This document shows, in pieces, positions 11,039-22,460 of a DNA stretch of 64,000 bases. This stretch comes from Spongospora subterranea f. sp. subterranea. Lineage: Eukaryota. The translations under genes and the position numbers were made by a program. The stretch's first letter is position 1. The number at the start of each line of letters is the position of its first letter. The stretch spans positions 1 through 64,000 of the forward strand of contig JAUGWO010000141.1 in assembly GCA_049724395.1 (NCBI GenBank), read 5' to 3'. The notes under the pieces are model-generated. The model saw only the letters and a list, made by a program, of their open reading frames with translations, was not told the origin of the DNA and did no database searches.

Positions 11039-14000
11039 ATGAAAGAAATTTTTCAGACGATTCAAAAGTTCTCCGGCAAAGACACCGATGACCTGTTACT
11101 ATGGCAACAAAAGGTAGTGATGTATCTATCGACAAAGGATCTGGAATTATGCGTTGAGAAAGACCCTGATGCTAACGCGACTCCGGACCAACTACGCAAA
11201 GACAAGAAAGCTAAGTCCATTTTATGCAGCTGCATTGATGACGTGATTGTCGGCGCAATAATGAAGGAAACAACGGCACACAAGGCGTGGGCGCTTCTTG
11301 AAAGCCTTTACCGCAAGAAATCACGATCCACCAGAACCAGACTCATCGCCGAGTTTTGGAACTGCACAAAGAATGACGCCCCGATGGCCACTTACATTGC
11401 CACCCTTCAAGTTTTACAGTCAAAGCTCCGCGCTATCGGAAAGGATATGACAGATGAAGACATGACTGATCGCCTACTATCAGGCCTCCCATCTTGTTTT
11501 GACGCATTCACCGTCACGTTGGATACACTCAGCGAAGTCAAGTTTGCCGCTACTGCCGCGTCGCTCATCAATTTTGAAGCCCAACTCGAGCACAGGTTTC
11601 GTGAAGCGTCGGCAGTTTCCATCCTGCCTCGAGCATGCGCTACCTCAGTCAAACGGCATTCTCGCTGCAGCTATCACAACTCCAACTCGCATGACAATGC
11701 CCACTGCTGGGCACAACATCCCGAGCTACGTCCGAAACATTTATTCACTAAACAGTCTGCCTCAGTCTATCCCCTCCAACGATCAAAAGTAGCTCCACTC
11801 TCCCAACAATCAGCTCATGAACACAGTGACGAATGGCTTCTTGACTGTTGCTGCTCAATGCACATGTGTCCCGAATCCTCTACCTTGCAGGAAGTTCTGC
11901 CCGATTCCGATCCCGTGACAGTTACTATGGCAAATAATGAGAGTCTTTGCTCAACTGCAACCGGCAGCAGCAAAATAGGCACTGGAAATACCATCATCGA
12001 TATTTCACCGGTATTACACATACCCGGTCTTTCCAATAATCTTCTCTCCATTGGACAAGCAACTTCGGACGGACTATCGTTTTTGTTCAAGGGAGACTAC
12101 TGCAAAATATTCAACATCGACGGTAAACTTGTCGGCAAAGTTAAGAAGGATGCCAACAACTTGTACCCGTTCCCTGATCATCGTAACATACCTCATCTAC
12201 CGTTCGTTGCCTCATCTATTGCGACAAGCGTTAATCTGCATCAACTTTGGCACAACCGCCTCGGCCACATCAACAATGCCGATCTCGACGTAATCCTACA
12301 AGGCATCAATGGCGGTGAAAAGATCATACCCAATCAACGTTCGGAGCTCTGCAATGGCTGTTTGATGGGGAAGATGCCAAGAGGCAAGATAGCGCGTTTT
12401 TCCAATAACTCCACCAGCTCACCCCTCGAAATCGTTCACAGCGATATTTCCGGACCTTTTCCAGTTGATGGCATCCATTCTAGATCAAGATACTACATCA
12501 CATTCCTAGATCAGCACACAAGGTATACCGTCGTTTATCTACTTCGAAGGAAATCCGAGGCTTTTCTAGCAATCAAAACGTTCATCAGAATGGTCAATAC
12601 TCTTTTCTTGGACAAGGGCTTCTCAGTAAAATACTTTCAAAGCGACAATGGCGGCGAATATACTTCCAACGACTGTCAGGCGCTGTTTCAAGAACTGGGC
12701 ATTGTGCATAGAAAAATTGTTCCGTATCAATCAGAGCAAAATGGGATGATCGAAAGACTGAATCGCACAATCATGGACTGCGCAGAGAGCATACGATTCG
12801 GTGCAAACTTAAAGCAAAACTTCTGGACAGCCTCTGTTTGTACAGCCGTTTATCTCCTCAATCGCAGGCCCCACAGTCACCTATCGGAACACATGTCTCC
12901 ATTCGAAGCCTGGCACAATAAGAAACCAGACCTAATGCACCTGCGAACGTTCGGTTGCGATGCGTACATCCACCTTCCAAACCAGCTGCATCGCAAGCTA
13001 CAACCAAGAAGCTCAATGGTAACATTTATCGGGTACGCCATGGAACAGAAAGGTTATCTCTTTTATTGCAGCACTACCAACAAAATTACTGCCACTCGGT
13101 TCACTGACGCTGTCTTCGACGAGACCTCTTTCACACGGGAAATCTTGGACCAGATTGATGACAACACTATCCAATTACACCTTGGCGACATTTTTTCAGA
13201 CAATCCTCCCCAGGTCCCACCAAACAACGATGATCCCGCTCCTGACGACGGTGACCTCATTCCTTCAACAGACGATTCCGCCCCAGAGGACAGTGACCGC
13301 ATTCTTTCATCACACCTCGAATCCTCATCCCTGAGTACACCCAGCGAAAGTTCGAGTTCATCTTGTCACCAATCAAATGCAAGCGAATCCGATGAGCCAG
13401 CTGTAGCTCAACCTGATATCCAGAATGCTCGAGGAGCAAGAACACGCCGTGCTCCGGGGGAATGGTGGAAGGCACCTGCAGCCATGCTGGTGCAACAGCG
13501 AAACAATCACACTCTGCGAGCCACTCAGGTCACGATCCCGAAGTCGATCAGCGAAGCATTGGATTCACAGAACGAATTTTGCAAGGAATGGGCAGCAGCC
13601 ACAAAAGCGGAATTTGACAGCTTACAACACAACAAAACCTGGGAACTTGTCAGACTTCCTAGCGGACGCAACGCTATTCAAAACAAATGGGTATTCAAGG
13701 TCAAATCAGACGAGAAGGGACTCGTAAACAAATTCAAGGCTAGACTAGTTGTTAAAGGCTACTCACAGCGACCTGGAATCGACTTCGACGAGACATTCTC
13801 TCCAGTGGCGCATCTCGCCTCAGTCCGATTGGTATTTGCACTTGCTGCATCATTGAAACTGAAATTGAGACAGCTAGACGTCGTCGGAGCATTCTTGCAA
13901 GCAGAACTTCACGAAGAAATATACATGGTTCAACCCAAAGGCTATATTTCTCATGATCCAAGCCTGGTGTGCCGCCTGAAGAAAAGTCTCTACGGTCTGA

Positions 14001-15196
14001 AGCAGGCTGGACTTGTCTGGAACAATACCATCAATCTATTCATCACCAAAGACCTCGGTTTCAAACGACTCAGTTCTGATGCTTGCGTCTACGTTATGCG
14101 GTCAACAGAAGATATGATTATCATGTCACTGTCAACTGACGATCTGCTGTTGGCTCACAATTGTCCTGTTCTTGCGGAAGGAATCGTTGCACAACTATCA
14201 AATCGCTTTCCAATTACGGACCTAGGTGAACCGAAACGGCTACTAGGAATGAGGGTTTCAAGCAGCAACGACGGTATCCTACTTGACCAGGAGACGTATA
14301 TTTTGGAACAATTGTCAAAATTCCAGATGATGGACTGTAAGCCAGTTGACACTCCAGAACAACCAGGATTCTATTTGAACAAGGACATGTGTGCAACGAG
14401 TGCCGAACAAATGCAAGATATGCAAGGAACACCCTACCGTGAACTAGTTGGAGCTCTGAATTGGATTGCCACGTGCACAAGACCCGATATCTCACATGCA
14501 GTCTCCTCGTTATGCCGATTTTTGGACAACCCAGGGCAACAACACTGGACTTCTGCGAAACGTGTCCTAAAATATCTCAAGGGGAGCTCTAACTGCGGAC
14601 TATTCTTTCAAGCCAAGCAACCTCCGCACTTAATCGCCTTCTCGGACAGTGACTGGGCCGGAGACAAAGATTCCAGAAGATCCACGAGCGGCTATACTCT
14701 GATGATGTCTGGATCAGCCATTGCCTGGCGAAGTGCATTGCAGAAGATCGTCGCATGTTCGTCAACAGAAGCCGAGTACATTGCACTATCCGAAACAATG
14801 CGCGAGGTAATATGGATTCGTCAAATGCTGACTGAACTCGGTTTCAGCCAGAAATTAGCCACCCGAGTCTTTGAAGACAACCAAGGATGCATCGCCATCA
14901 GCAAGAACAGGCGCACCGACAAAAGAACCAAACACATTGATCTGCGCTTTCACTTTTGCCGAGATCAGATTGAACAAGGGACTATTGAGGTAGAGTATTG
15001 CCCAACAGAATCCATGATCGCGGATGGATTAACGAAGCCAGTGAACGCTCCCAAGTTCAAATGGTGTCGCACAGCCATGGGTATCACAGCCAGCAAGTTG
15101 AGGGGGCGTGTTGAATACAACTTGCCAGCCTCCAGTACGGACATTCTCCAAGAAAGGTGCGTACCCCCAGTCGGCGCAACCACGGCAAATGCATAA
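11039..15196 (+). CDS. Copia Gag-Pol polyprotein (gag, protease, integrase, RT, RNase H), 1385 aa
   Basis: LWHNRLGH, HSDISGP, FQSDNGGEY, QNGMIER, KARLVVKG, LYGLKQA, STDD, FSDSDWAG, ADGLTK; the stop lies inside the 3' LTR. Confidence 0.97.
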   Translation: MKEIFQTIQKFSGKDTDDLLLWQQKVVMYLSTKDLELCVEKDPDANATPDQLRKDKKAKSILCSCIDDVIVGAIMKETTAHKAWALLESLYRKKSRSTRTRLIAEFWNCTKNDAPMATYIATLQVLQSKLRAIGKDMTDEDMTDRLLSGLPSCFDAFTVTLDTLSEVKFAATAASLINFEAQLEHRFREASAVSILPRACATSVKRHSRCSYHNSNSHDNAHCWAQHPELRPKHLFTKQSASVYPLQRSKVAPLSQQSAHEHSDEWLLDCCCSMHMCPESSTLQEVLPDSDPVTVTMANNESLCSTATGSSKIGTGNTIIDISPVLHIPGLSNNLLSIGQATSDGLSFLFKGDYCKIFNIDGKLVGKVKKDANNLYPFPDHRNIPHLPFVASSIATSVNLHQLWHNRLGHINNADLDVILQGINGGEKIIPNQRSELCNGCLMGKMPRGKIARFSNNSTSSPLEIVHSDISGPFPVDGIHSRSRYYITFLDQHTRYTVVYLLRRKSEAFLAIKTFIRMVNTLFLDKGFSVKYFQSDNGGEYTSNDCQALFQELGIVHRKIVPYQSEQNGMIERLNRTIMDCAESIRFGANLKQNFWTASVCTAVYLLNRRPHSHLSEHMSPFEAWHNKKPDLMHLRTFGCDAYIHLPNQLHRKLQPRSSMVTFIGYAMEQKGYLFYCSTTNKITATRFTDAVFDETSFTREILDQIDDNTIQLHLGDIFSDNPPQVPPNNDDPAPDDGDLIPSTDDSAPEDSDRILSSHLESSSLSTPSESSSSSCHQSNASESDEPAVAQPDIQNARGARTRRAPGEWWKAPAAMLVQQRNNHTLRATQVTIPKSISEALDSQNEFCKEWAAATKAEFDSLQHNKTWELVRLPSGRNAIQNKWVFKVKSDEKGLVNKFKARLVVKGYSQRPGIDFDETFSPVAHLASVRLVFALAASLKLKLRQLDVVGAFLQAELHEEIYMVQPKGYISHDPSLVCRLKKSLYGLKQAGLVWNNTINLFITKDLGFKRLSSDACVYVMRSTEDMIIMSLSTDDLLLAHNCPVLAEGIVAQLSNRFPITDLGEPKRLLGMRVSSSNDGILLDQETYILEQLSKFQMMDCKPVDTPEQPGFYLNKDMCATSAEQMQDMQGTPYRELVGALNWIATCTRPDISHAVSSLCRFLDNPGQQHWTSAKRVLKYLKGSSNCGLFFQAKQPPHLIAFSDSDWAGDKDSRRSTSGYTLMMSGSAIAWRSALQKIVACSSTEAEYIALSETMREVIWIRQMLTELGFSQKLATRVFEDNQGCIAISKNRRTDKRTKHIDLRFHFCRDQIEQGTIEVEYCPTESMIADGLTKPVNAPKFKWCRTAMGITASKLRGRVEYNLPASSTDILQERCVPPVGATTANA

Positions 15197-15337
15197 CATA
15201 AGAGTGACTGTGCGGACTTTGTATTTGGATTATTAGTGCACTCCCCCCTATATTCTCCCACCTATACATGCTATAACCACGCAGTAATAAACCTCATTCT
15301 ACTATTACCTTCACATCGGAGACATCGATTTCCTTTA

Positions 15338-16624
15338 CACTGTATATACATCCATCATGATGTCCACGGTCTATAACATCCATAAGCTCGAAGGATCCGA
15401 CGATTTCCCTATCTGGAAGCGTCGTATGATGGCCATATTACAGGACAAGGATTATGATATATCAATCTCCTATAATCCAGCAACATTTGACCCTGTCGAA
15501 CCGCGAACTGACACGACGTCGAGCCGTACCGATACGAAAACCCGGGGTGTGATCGAACTGAACGTGGGTGACTCGGTACTCCGTCATTTACTCTCTGAAA
15601 CCTCTGCTCACGCGTATTGGGTCAAACTCCATAACATCTACCAGCGCAAATCACTCTCTTCAGTTGTCGTCAAGTTGCGCCAATGGGTTACCTGCATGCA
15701 AGACGGGCAACCAGTGCAAGAATTTATAGGCCGAGTCGAATCTCGAGCCCGAGACCTCCAAGGTGCAGGCATCGAGATACCAGAAAAATTAATTTCAGCA
15801 CTCGTTGTTTGCAACCTCGATAGCCGTTTCCACTCAGTTGCTACTGCCTTAGACTGCCAGGACTTTGATCATATTTCCCTAGTCAAGATCACCTCCCTGC
15901 TGCTAAACGAAGAAGTTCGTCAAGGCCAAGATATTGCCTCTACACAAGCAAACATTGCTGGCAAGAAGCGTCGATGCAAAGTTCACCCACACCTTGGCCA
16001 TACGGATGACCAATGTTATGCACAACACCCTGAGCTTCGCCCTAGCAGCTGGCAGCCGAGACATAACAAACAGGGACAAGTTCAAAACTACCATTATGCC
16101 TCTCAAGCTTCATTTAACAAGTCCAGGGCCTGGCATGTAGATACTGGCTGTTCCAACCACATGACATTTGACCGTCAGATCTTATCGCAATTCCGAAGCG
16201 CAAGTCTGAACCCAGAAATTCAACTGGGTGACAACACTTCCATCCCTTCAGTTGGATCTGGTAACTGCAATTTGCGCGTACAGGGAAGGTCAATTCCACT
16301 TGAGAATGTTTTGGCGGTTCCGGACCTGGGGAAAAACCTCTTTTCTCCCGGCCAAGCAGCAGAATCAGGGATGAAGTTTTTGATCCATGGCGAACACATG
16401 ACTATCTTCCACTCTCATGATTTCACCGCTCCCGTTGGAAACATACTTGCAAGAATTCGAAAAGATAAGGACAACCTTGTACAGACTGGATTCAAACTCT
16501 ATCCGATCATCAGACCTTTCGGCGACTTTCGCGGTCCGACATGACGTTGCCCTTCCCCTGTCACTATGGCACGCAAGGTTAGGCCATACCAGCAACAAGG
16601 AAATATCGAATTTGAGTAAGGATG
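15338..16624 (+). mobile_element. Copia family B fragment (leader end, gag, protease, pre-integrase)
   Basis: ORF 15357-16544 has CKVHPHLGHTDDQC and WHVDTGCSNHM; frameshifted LWHARLGH follows; cut by the Gypsy LTR at 16625. Confidence 0.92.
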
Positions 16625-19600
16625 TGTAGCGACTTCGGCTCAATCGCTCGACAACTACACTCGAGTTAACCTTCCGATAGCAGCTCAAATGCAAAGTGTC
16701 CTTTATTTAATCTTACGACCGCCCGTAAATCGAGGTATTCAATTCTCCAATCGCCCTTAAATCGAGGTATTCAGTTCTCCGATCGGCCTTAAAATCGAAG
16801 CGCACAATCCTCACACGGACGGATTACACTTCCCCCTCCGCTTGAAGACTTGAACGGGAATCCCCAGGTCGCGCGCGGCTTCTCGCGCGGTTCTCGTTTT
16901 CGCAGCCTTGAGCCACCGCTCTGTCATAGCTGGTACGTCTTCCAACATGTTTTTGAGAGGTTCCCAAGTTTCGTCGCCGTCCGCCCAACCACGCCATCGT
17001 ACCTTGATCTCCCAGACGTCGGCATGCTTCCGTAAGCCCAAGAACTCGGCGACCTCATACCCAGCAGAATCATGAGCGCACTGATCATATAAATCTGCAT
17101 CAACATTCAGGCTTGCGTCCGAATAAAATTTCATTCGACTGGCATGCACTTCACGTCTATCATGTGTCACCAGATCCTCGACCTCGTAAATCCAATCACT
17201 CAGGATGTTCACGATTCTCGCGGGTCCTCGCCACTTCGTCTGTAACTTCCCTAGACGTCTCTCAATTTCTCTTGAGATCAGGACATAATCGCCTTTGTCA
17301 AAGTTAATCTTTACGACATTTCCTTTCCTCAACCTCCGATCCCTTTCAAGTTGCCGTTTCTTATCTGTCGACCTTTTTACGGCTTTGTGAATCTCGTCCA
17401 ATGACCTTCGTAATCCATCGGTCATAGATTTGATTTTTTCAGCATCTAGTCGATTCTCCACGACCGTCTGACTTCGATTCGAATATATAGCATCTAAAGG
17501 ACTGCTGGCAGGCAATCCTGTAAAAACCGTGATCGGCGCAAATCGTCCAAACCTCTGGCTCGCAGTATGATTCAACGACATCTGCACCAGTGGCAACAGG
17601 TCAGGCCAGTCTCCAGATTGTAGTCGCAACTCAGATAACAACGCTCGCACCACGAACAGTAAATCGCGATTGACTCGTTCTACTGTCCCATTCGCCCATG
17701 GAACGTACGCCGTAGTGAAGTGATGCTTCGTGTTCAGTCTTGTATTCAACTCCTTCATGACCTCGTTTTTAAAATGTGCTCCCTGGTCACTGACAGTCTG
17801 ATGAACGACCCCGAATCTGCTAAACCAGGATAGCAACGCGTTCACCACAACACGATGATCTGCATTCTTGGCTGGAAATAATTCCCGATAGGACGAAAAA
17901 TCATCTTGAACAACTAGAATATAGATATACGGATTCTCGCCCTTAGCCTTCATCTTGTCCATGAAAAGAAAATCGTAGTGTAACAGCTTATTAGGTCGGT
18001 CTGCATGTAATGCTTCCCCAAATGGCCTTGGTATTACAGTTCCTTTGTTCGCTTCACAATGTAAGCACTCCCGTACAAATTTCAGGATATCGTTTCTCAT
18101 GTTTTTCCACCAGAACCTTGCTTTCACGGCTTCTAATGTCGCCTCGACTCCTCGATGTCCTGCGCTGCTGCTGTGGGCAATGATCATAATCCTTACTGCC
18201 AACTCTTCTGATGGAATCCAAATCTTCCCTTCCCCGGTCTTGAAGACATCATCATTATCGGCATGTACACCGTCTTTCATGGTATCGCTGAAAATATGCT
18301 CCTTGTACGCGTTCTGAATCGCCGTAATTTCGCCCAGATCGGGCCAGACAAACGTAGTCGCATGCAAAGGTCGAACCCTTTGATTGATTGAAACATCTCC
18401 AATAGCAGCGGCTCGGCCTTCCGTCTCCGCATGTTGTGCCCATCGCGTTAGTAGATCAGCCCATACGTTGTCAGATCCTGAAATATGACGAATGCTATAC
18501 TTGTAAGCTAAAAGTTTGGTGGCCCACCGCTCAAGCCTGTCGCAAACGTGCCTTCGCTTCTCGCTTGCCCTTTCCGACGGGTCCAAGATATACACTAGGT
18601 TTCGATGATCCGTGAATATCACGAATCCTTTCTCTCTTAACAGAAAATGTCTCAAACGCCCAACCGCCTCGATGATTGGAAATGCCTCTTTCTCAATCGT
18701 CGACCACTGGAGGGAAGCCCCTTTAAATGTACCGCTAAGAAAAACCAATGGCGCATGTCGCAGTTGACTAATATCCTCCAGGCCAATATCCTCTTCCGGC
18801 ACTTGTGTCAGCACGACGGCCCAATGTTGGTCGCTAGCGTCAGTAAATAAACAGAACGGTTTGTCGGCATCTGGATGCGCCAGCTCCACAACGTTGGCCA
18901 CAACCTCTTTTGCGTGTTGGAAGCTGTGTCGATGCCGCTCATCCCATCCTATCTCCGATAGTTTGACCTTGTTCATCACATTCCTCTTACTAGACCCAGC
19001 GATCTTCATAGCTTCATTTTTCGCTTCTTGTAAGAAATGAATATGCTTCGTAAACTCAGGAATGGCGACTCGGAGCCATCCTAATGCACAAATAAACTGC
19101 TGTAGTTCTCCAGCGTTCTGCGGCTCCTCCATATTTCTCAACGATTCAACCAGCTTAGGGTCGAATCGAATGCCTGTACCAGAGATAATTCGCCCACACC
19201 AATGGACTTCCCGGTTAAATAAATCACAAGCGACGTGCATTCAACTTGATCCCGAATAAGTCCAAACGCTTGAAAACCAGTCGTAAATTTTCAAGCAACT
19301 CTTGAACAGTAGGTGCAAAAATTAACAAGTCATCGATCCACAACAGAGTGTTCTTATAAAGATAGTCACCAAGTGCCTCCTGCATCCCCGCTTGGAAGCA
19401 TGCGACAGCATCTGTGGCTCCCTGAACCACTCTAGTCGGTGTGTAGACGCCTTCATCAGTCATAAATGACAATAGCTCCTGTGATTCTTCTGCCAGAGGG
19501 AACTGCCAATACCCTTTGTAAGCGTCCAGCGTTGCGAAGTAACTGGCCCCGGCTAGTCGCCCCATCACGATTTCCAATGACGGCATCGGCCAGGCTACAG

Positions 19601-21636
19601 GTTCGGTGTCTGCATTGATTCCTCGGAGGTCCACCGTCATTCGGTATCCACGATTGTTAGGTTTCGGGACAACCAGCACTGGTGACGTGTATCTTGATCG
19701 GATGTTTCTATAAACATAACCGTTAGTCTCCAGTTCCTTCACAAATTCACGTAGAAAGTCAGAGTGACTAGGAGGGTATCGTCTCGGCTTGCATCTTCGC
19801 GGCCGTGACCCTTCCTTAAGATGGATTCTCATCGGTCTGACATTGGCCGGAGGGTCGGCTCCCAAACGAACTCGAAACAGATCGGGAACTTGATCAATGA
19901 TTGCCTTCAGAGCTTCCATTGTCGCGTCATCGGCGCCATTCCCAACGGTCCGTCTAATCATATCTCGCTTCGCATCCTCGAGATCCTCGGAGCCTTCTCC
20001 AGTGTGGTCAGCCTTCATATCGTCATTTGCTGCAATTAATATCTTTGCGGCGGCGTAGCTTTCAGCTTCGCTATCCTCAGTTTGATGTCGGATCAACTTC
20101 TCAAGCGCTGTCGTCGGATCGATCCCCAGACAGGTAAGCTCCGGCTTTCCAATTAAAACAGTTTCCATCTCTGCATCCATAACCCAGCATCGCACTAGTG
20201 GCAGTGTGATGTCTCCAACCGCCGTCCCGATAGTGACAGGGATATCAACGAATCCCCTGACAATCGGCGCAATTCCATCACAGCTGGCCCGTTTCGCCGC
20301 GAACTGAACCTTGATCACTTGATGGACGAGCTGCACTTTAGGATTCTTGCGTTGAATCTCCTTCAGCAACGACCCTGGAATATATGTACGATCCGCCCCG
20401 CTATCAAGTTGAGTTGGATACTGGCACCCTTGTCCAAAAATCCCGACTGTTTCTTCTTCTTCTCGACGCGTAACTTTCTTCGCTCGAGTCTCCACCTTGC
20501 CCAACGCCTTCTTGTTCTTGAATTCGGCGATTAACTTTTCCCGCTCTTCCTTGGTGATTCTCTGCTGGCATTCAGAAAGCCAATGGCCGCCTCCACATTT
20601 CAGACATCCATCAGTAGGCTTCTCTGTCCTTGGCTTCCATGAACCCTTCCAATATTTGCTCGTGCCATTGTGTGAAGCCTCTCTGTTGGTCACCCTAGCG
20701 GGTTCATGACCGTTAGACTTCTTGTCCTGTTTCTCCTGATCGCCTTTTATGTGGCGTTCGCCACCGTGTGGATGCGATGCCCGATGAACCTCGTCCTGGT
20801 TTGTAACGATTCTTAGAAGTACGTCGAACAACTTTCTGCAGTCTTTGCGAGCTTCTCGATGGTTGAACTTCAGCGCGTTCGTCGCCATCCTTCGCACCGC
20901 CTCAGGCCGCAGAGCTTCGATGATTAGCTTAGCTTTCATTTTCATCCCGGCTTCATCCATGAACATTTCGGCTAAAGCCTCCTTCTCGACGATCTCATTG
21001 AATTCCATAAACAACTTCATCAGTCTTGCATCGGCATCAGATATGGATATATCGTACTTCAGCTGCTCCCTAACGATCTGCTCAATGTCATAAACAGCAT
21101 CTTTAGGCTTCAGAAGCTTCTTCAGATAGAGCTCAAGGTGATCGTCAGTCACTTGGTCTTCTGGCACATCTCGAATACGTAATTCGCAGATGACTTGTAA
21201 TAGCTTCGGTTCAATCGACAGTAGCAAACTCGTCGCATTGATTCTTTCGTTGTGCGTCGTCCGTCTTTCTTGGATTTTCCTGATATACTGCTTCCTTTGG
21301 TGGAAGAATTCAGCCACATCTTTCGGCACCAATGACGTCAAGTTTGGCGCCTCGATCGGTTCGAACATGGGATTCTTCACACCACCTCTTCGTGCCATCC
21401 TTAAGCCTCAGTATGAGCTTAGAACGTTCTTCTGTAGCGACTTCGGCTCAATCGCTCGACAACTACACTCGAGTTAACCTTCCGATAGCAGCTCAAATGC
21501 AAAGTGTCCTTTATTTAATCCTACGACCGCCCGTAAATCGAGGTATTCAATTCTCCAATCGCCCTTAAATCGAGGTATTCAATTCTCCGATCGGCCTTAA
21601 AATCGAAGCGCACAATCCTCACACGGACGGATTACA
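16625..21636 (-). mobile_element. Near-intact chromodomain Ty3/Gypsy LTR retrotransposon
   Basis: 204-bp TG...CA LTRs at 16625-16828 and 21433-21636 with 2 differences seen; PPT CGGAGGGGGAAG; each LTR holds an internal ~32-bp duplication. Confidence 0.96.
16811..21398 (-). CDS. Gypsy gag-pol (Zn knuckle, protease, RT, RNase H, integrase, chromodomain), split by one frameshift at ~19230
   Basis: CLKCGGGHWLSEC, LDSGAD, LDAYKGYWQF, WIDD, TDAS, VSDQGAHF, YEVAEFLG...VRWRGW...TWEP; removing one base gives KLNARRCDLF. Confidence 0.93.
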
Positions 21637-22460
21637 CCAGGCATACCAACGAACAGATGCCAGAACCATAAATCAAAGCTGGCAACAGCTTCTGCAACTA
21701 CTGTGGGACATTTTTCTTTGCCCTTGTACTGTCCTGACCACGTTTTAGGGCAATTTTTCCATTGCCAATGCATACAATTCACACTTCCCAGCATCCCGGG
21801 AAACCCTCTTGAGGCGTTGATTCTTAAAATGCGCTCCATATCGGCCGCAATGGTTTTGACAAACTCCCTCAAACACTCCAAACAGTAGGACCAGCCATTC
21901 CCATTGATTCATCAAGCGAGTCAGCTGAGCCGCCATAAGCCAGCATACGAAGAGCCGCAAATTGTCTTTTGATAACTCGAAAACCCCATCTGACCACGCA
22001 TCCGGCCGTTGCTCGAAGTATTTATTCTCCTGCAGGCACCGTTTACGTATTCGATCAAACAGGGTCGGTTGCATCCGAAATCGGCGTCTAAAATCGATGG
22101 TAGAGTATATCGGAGTGTCGCTAAAATAATGGCGATAAAGTCGCTCTCCAGCGGATGCTCTTTCCCAATTTTTGTCAGGTCGCCTAGAAAACCTAGAGCC
22201 TCGAGCGGGAGGTTGGTCTTCATCTTCGCTGGAAGACCACAAAGAATCACTGGAAACAACTTCACTGTCGGAAAATAACTCTTGCATGAACCATTCTGGC
22301 CATAATTGCTCACTTTCAACCCCGATGAGGTCACGCATGACTTATTTGACTTTTGTTTTCGCCAACCCCGCTGCGGAAATTTGCGCGCCCGATTTTCCGT
22401 GCGCATATTTACACTGTATTTGGAGGGCACGGATATTTGCCCTACCCGCTAGACATGCTC
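21637..22460 (-). mobile_element. PIF/Harbinger transposon 5' part with a frameshifted transposase
   Basis: FRRRFRM and RGFPGMLGSVNCMHWQWKNCP motifs; terminus GAGCATGTCTAGC preceded by TAA on minus (TTA at 22461-22463). Confidence 0.88.

Larger units (their letters stand above)
10455..15337 (+). mobile_element. Full-length Ty1/Copia LTR retrotransposon (family A)
   Basis: 229-bp LTRs at 10455-10683 and 15109-15337, identical by eye, TG...TA ends; PPT GAGGGGGCG; one intact polyprotein ORF. Confidence 0.97.

Noticed and set aside
19224..19240. Programmed frameshift in the Gypsy pol
   Set aside because: It lies inside the RT with no slippery site; a single extra base (mutation or sequencing error) explains it.
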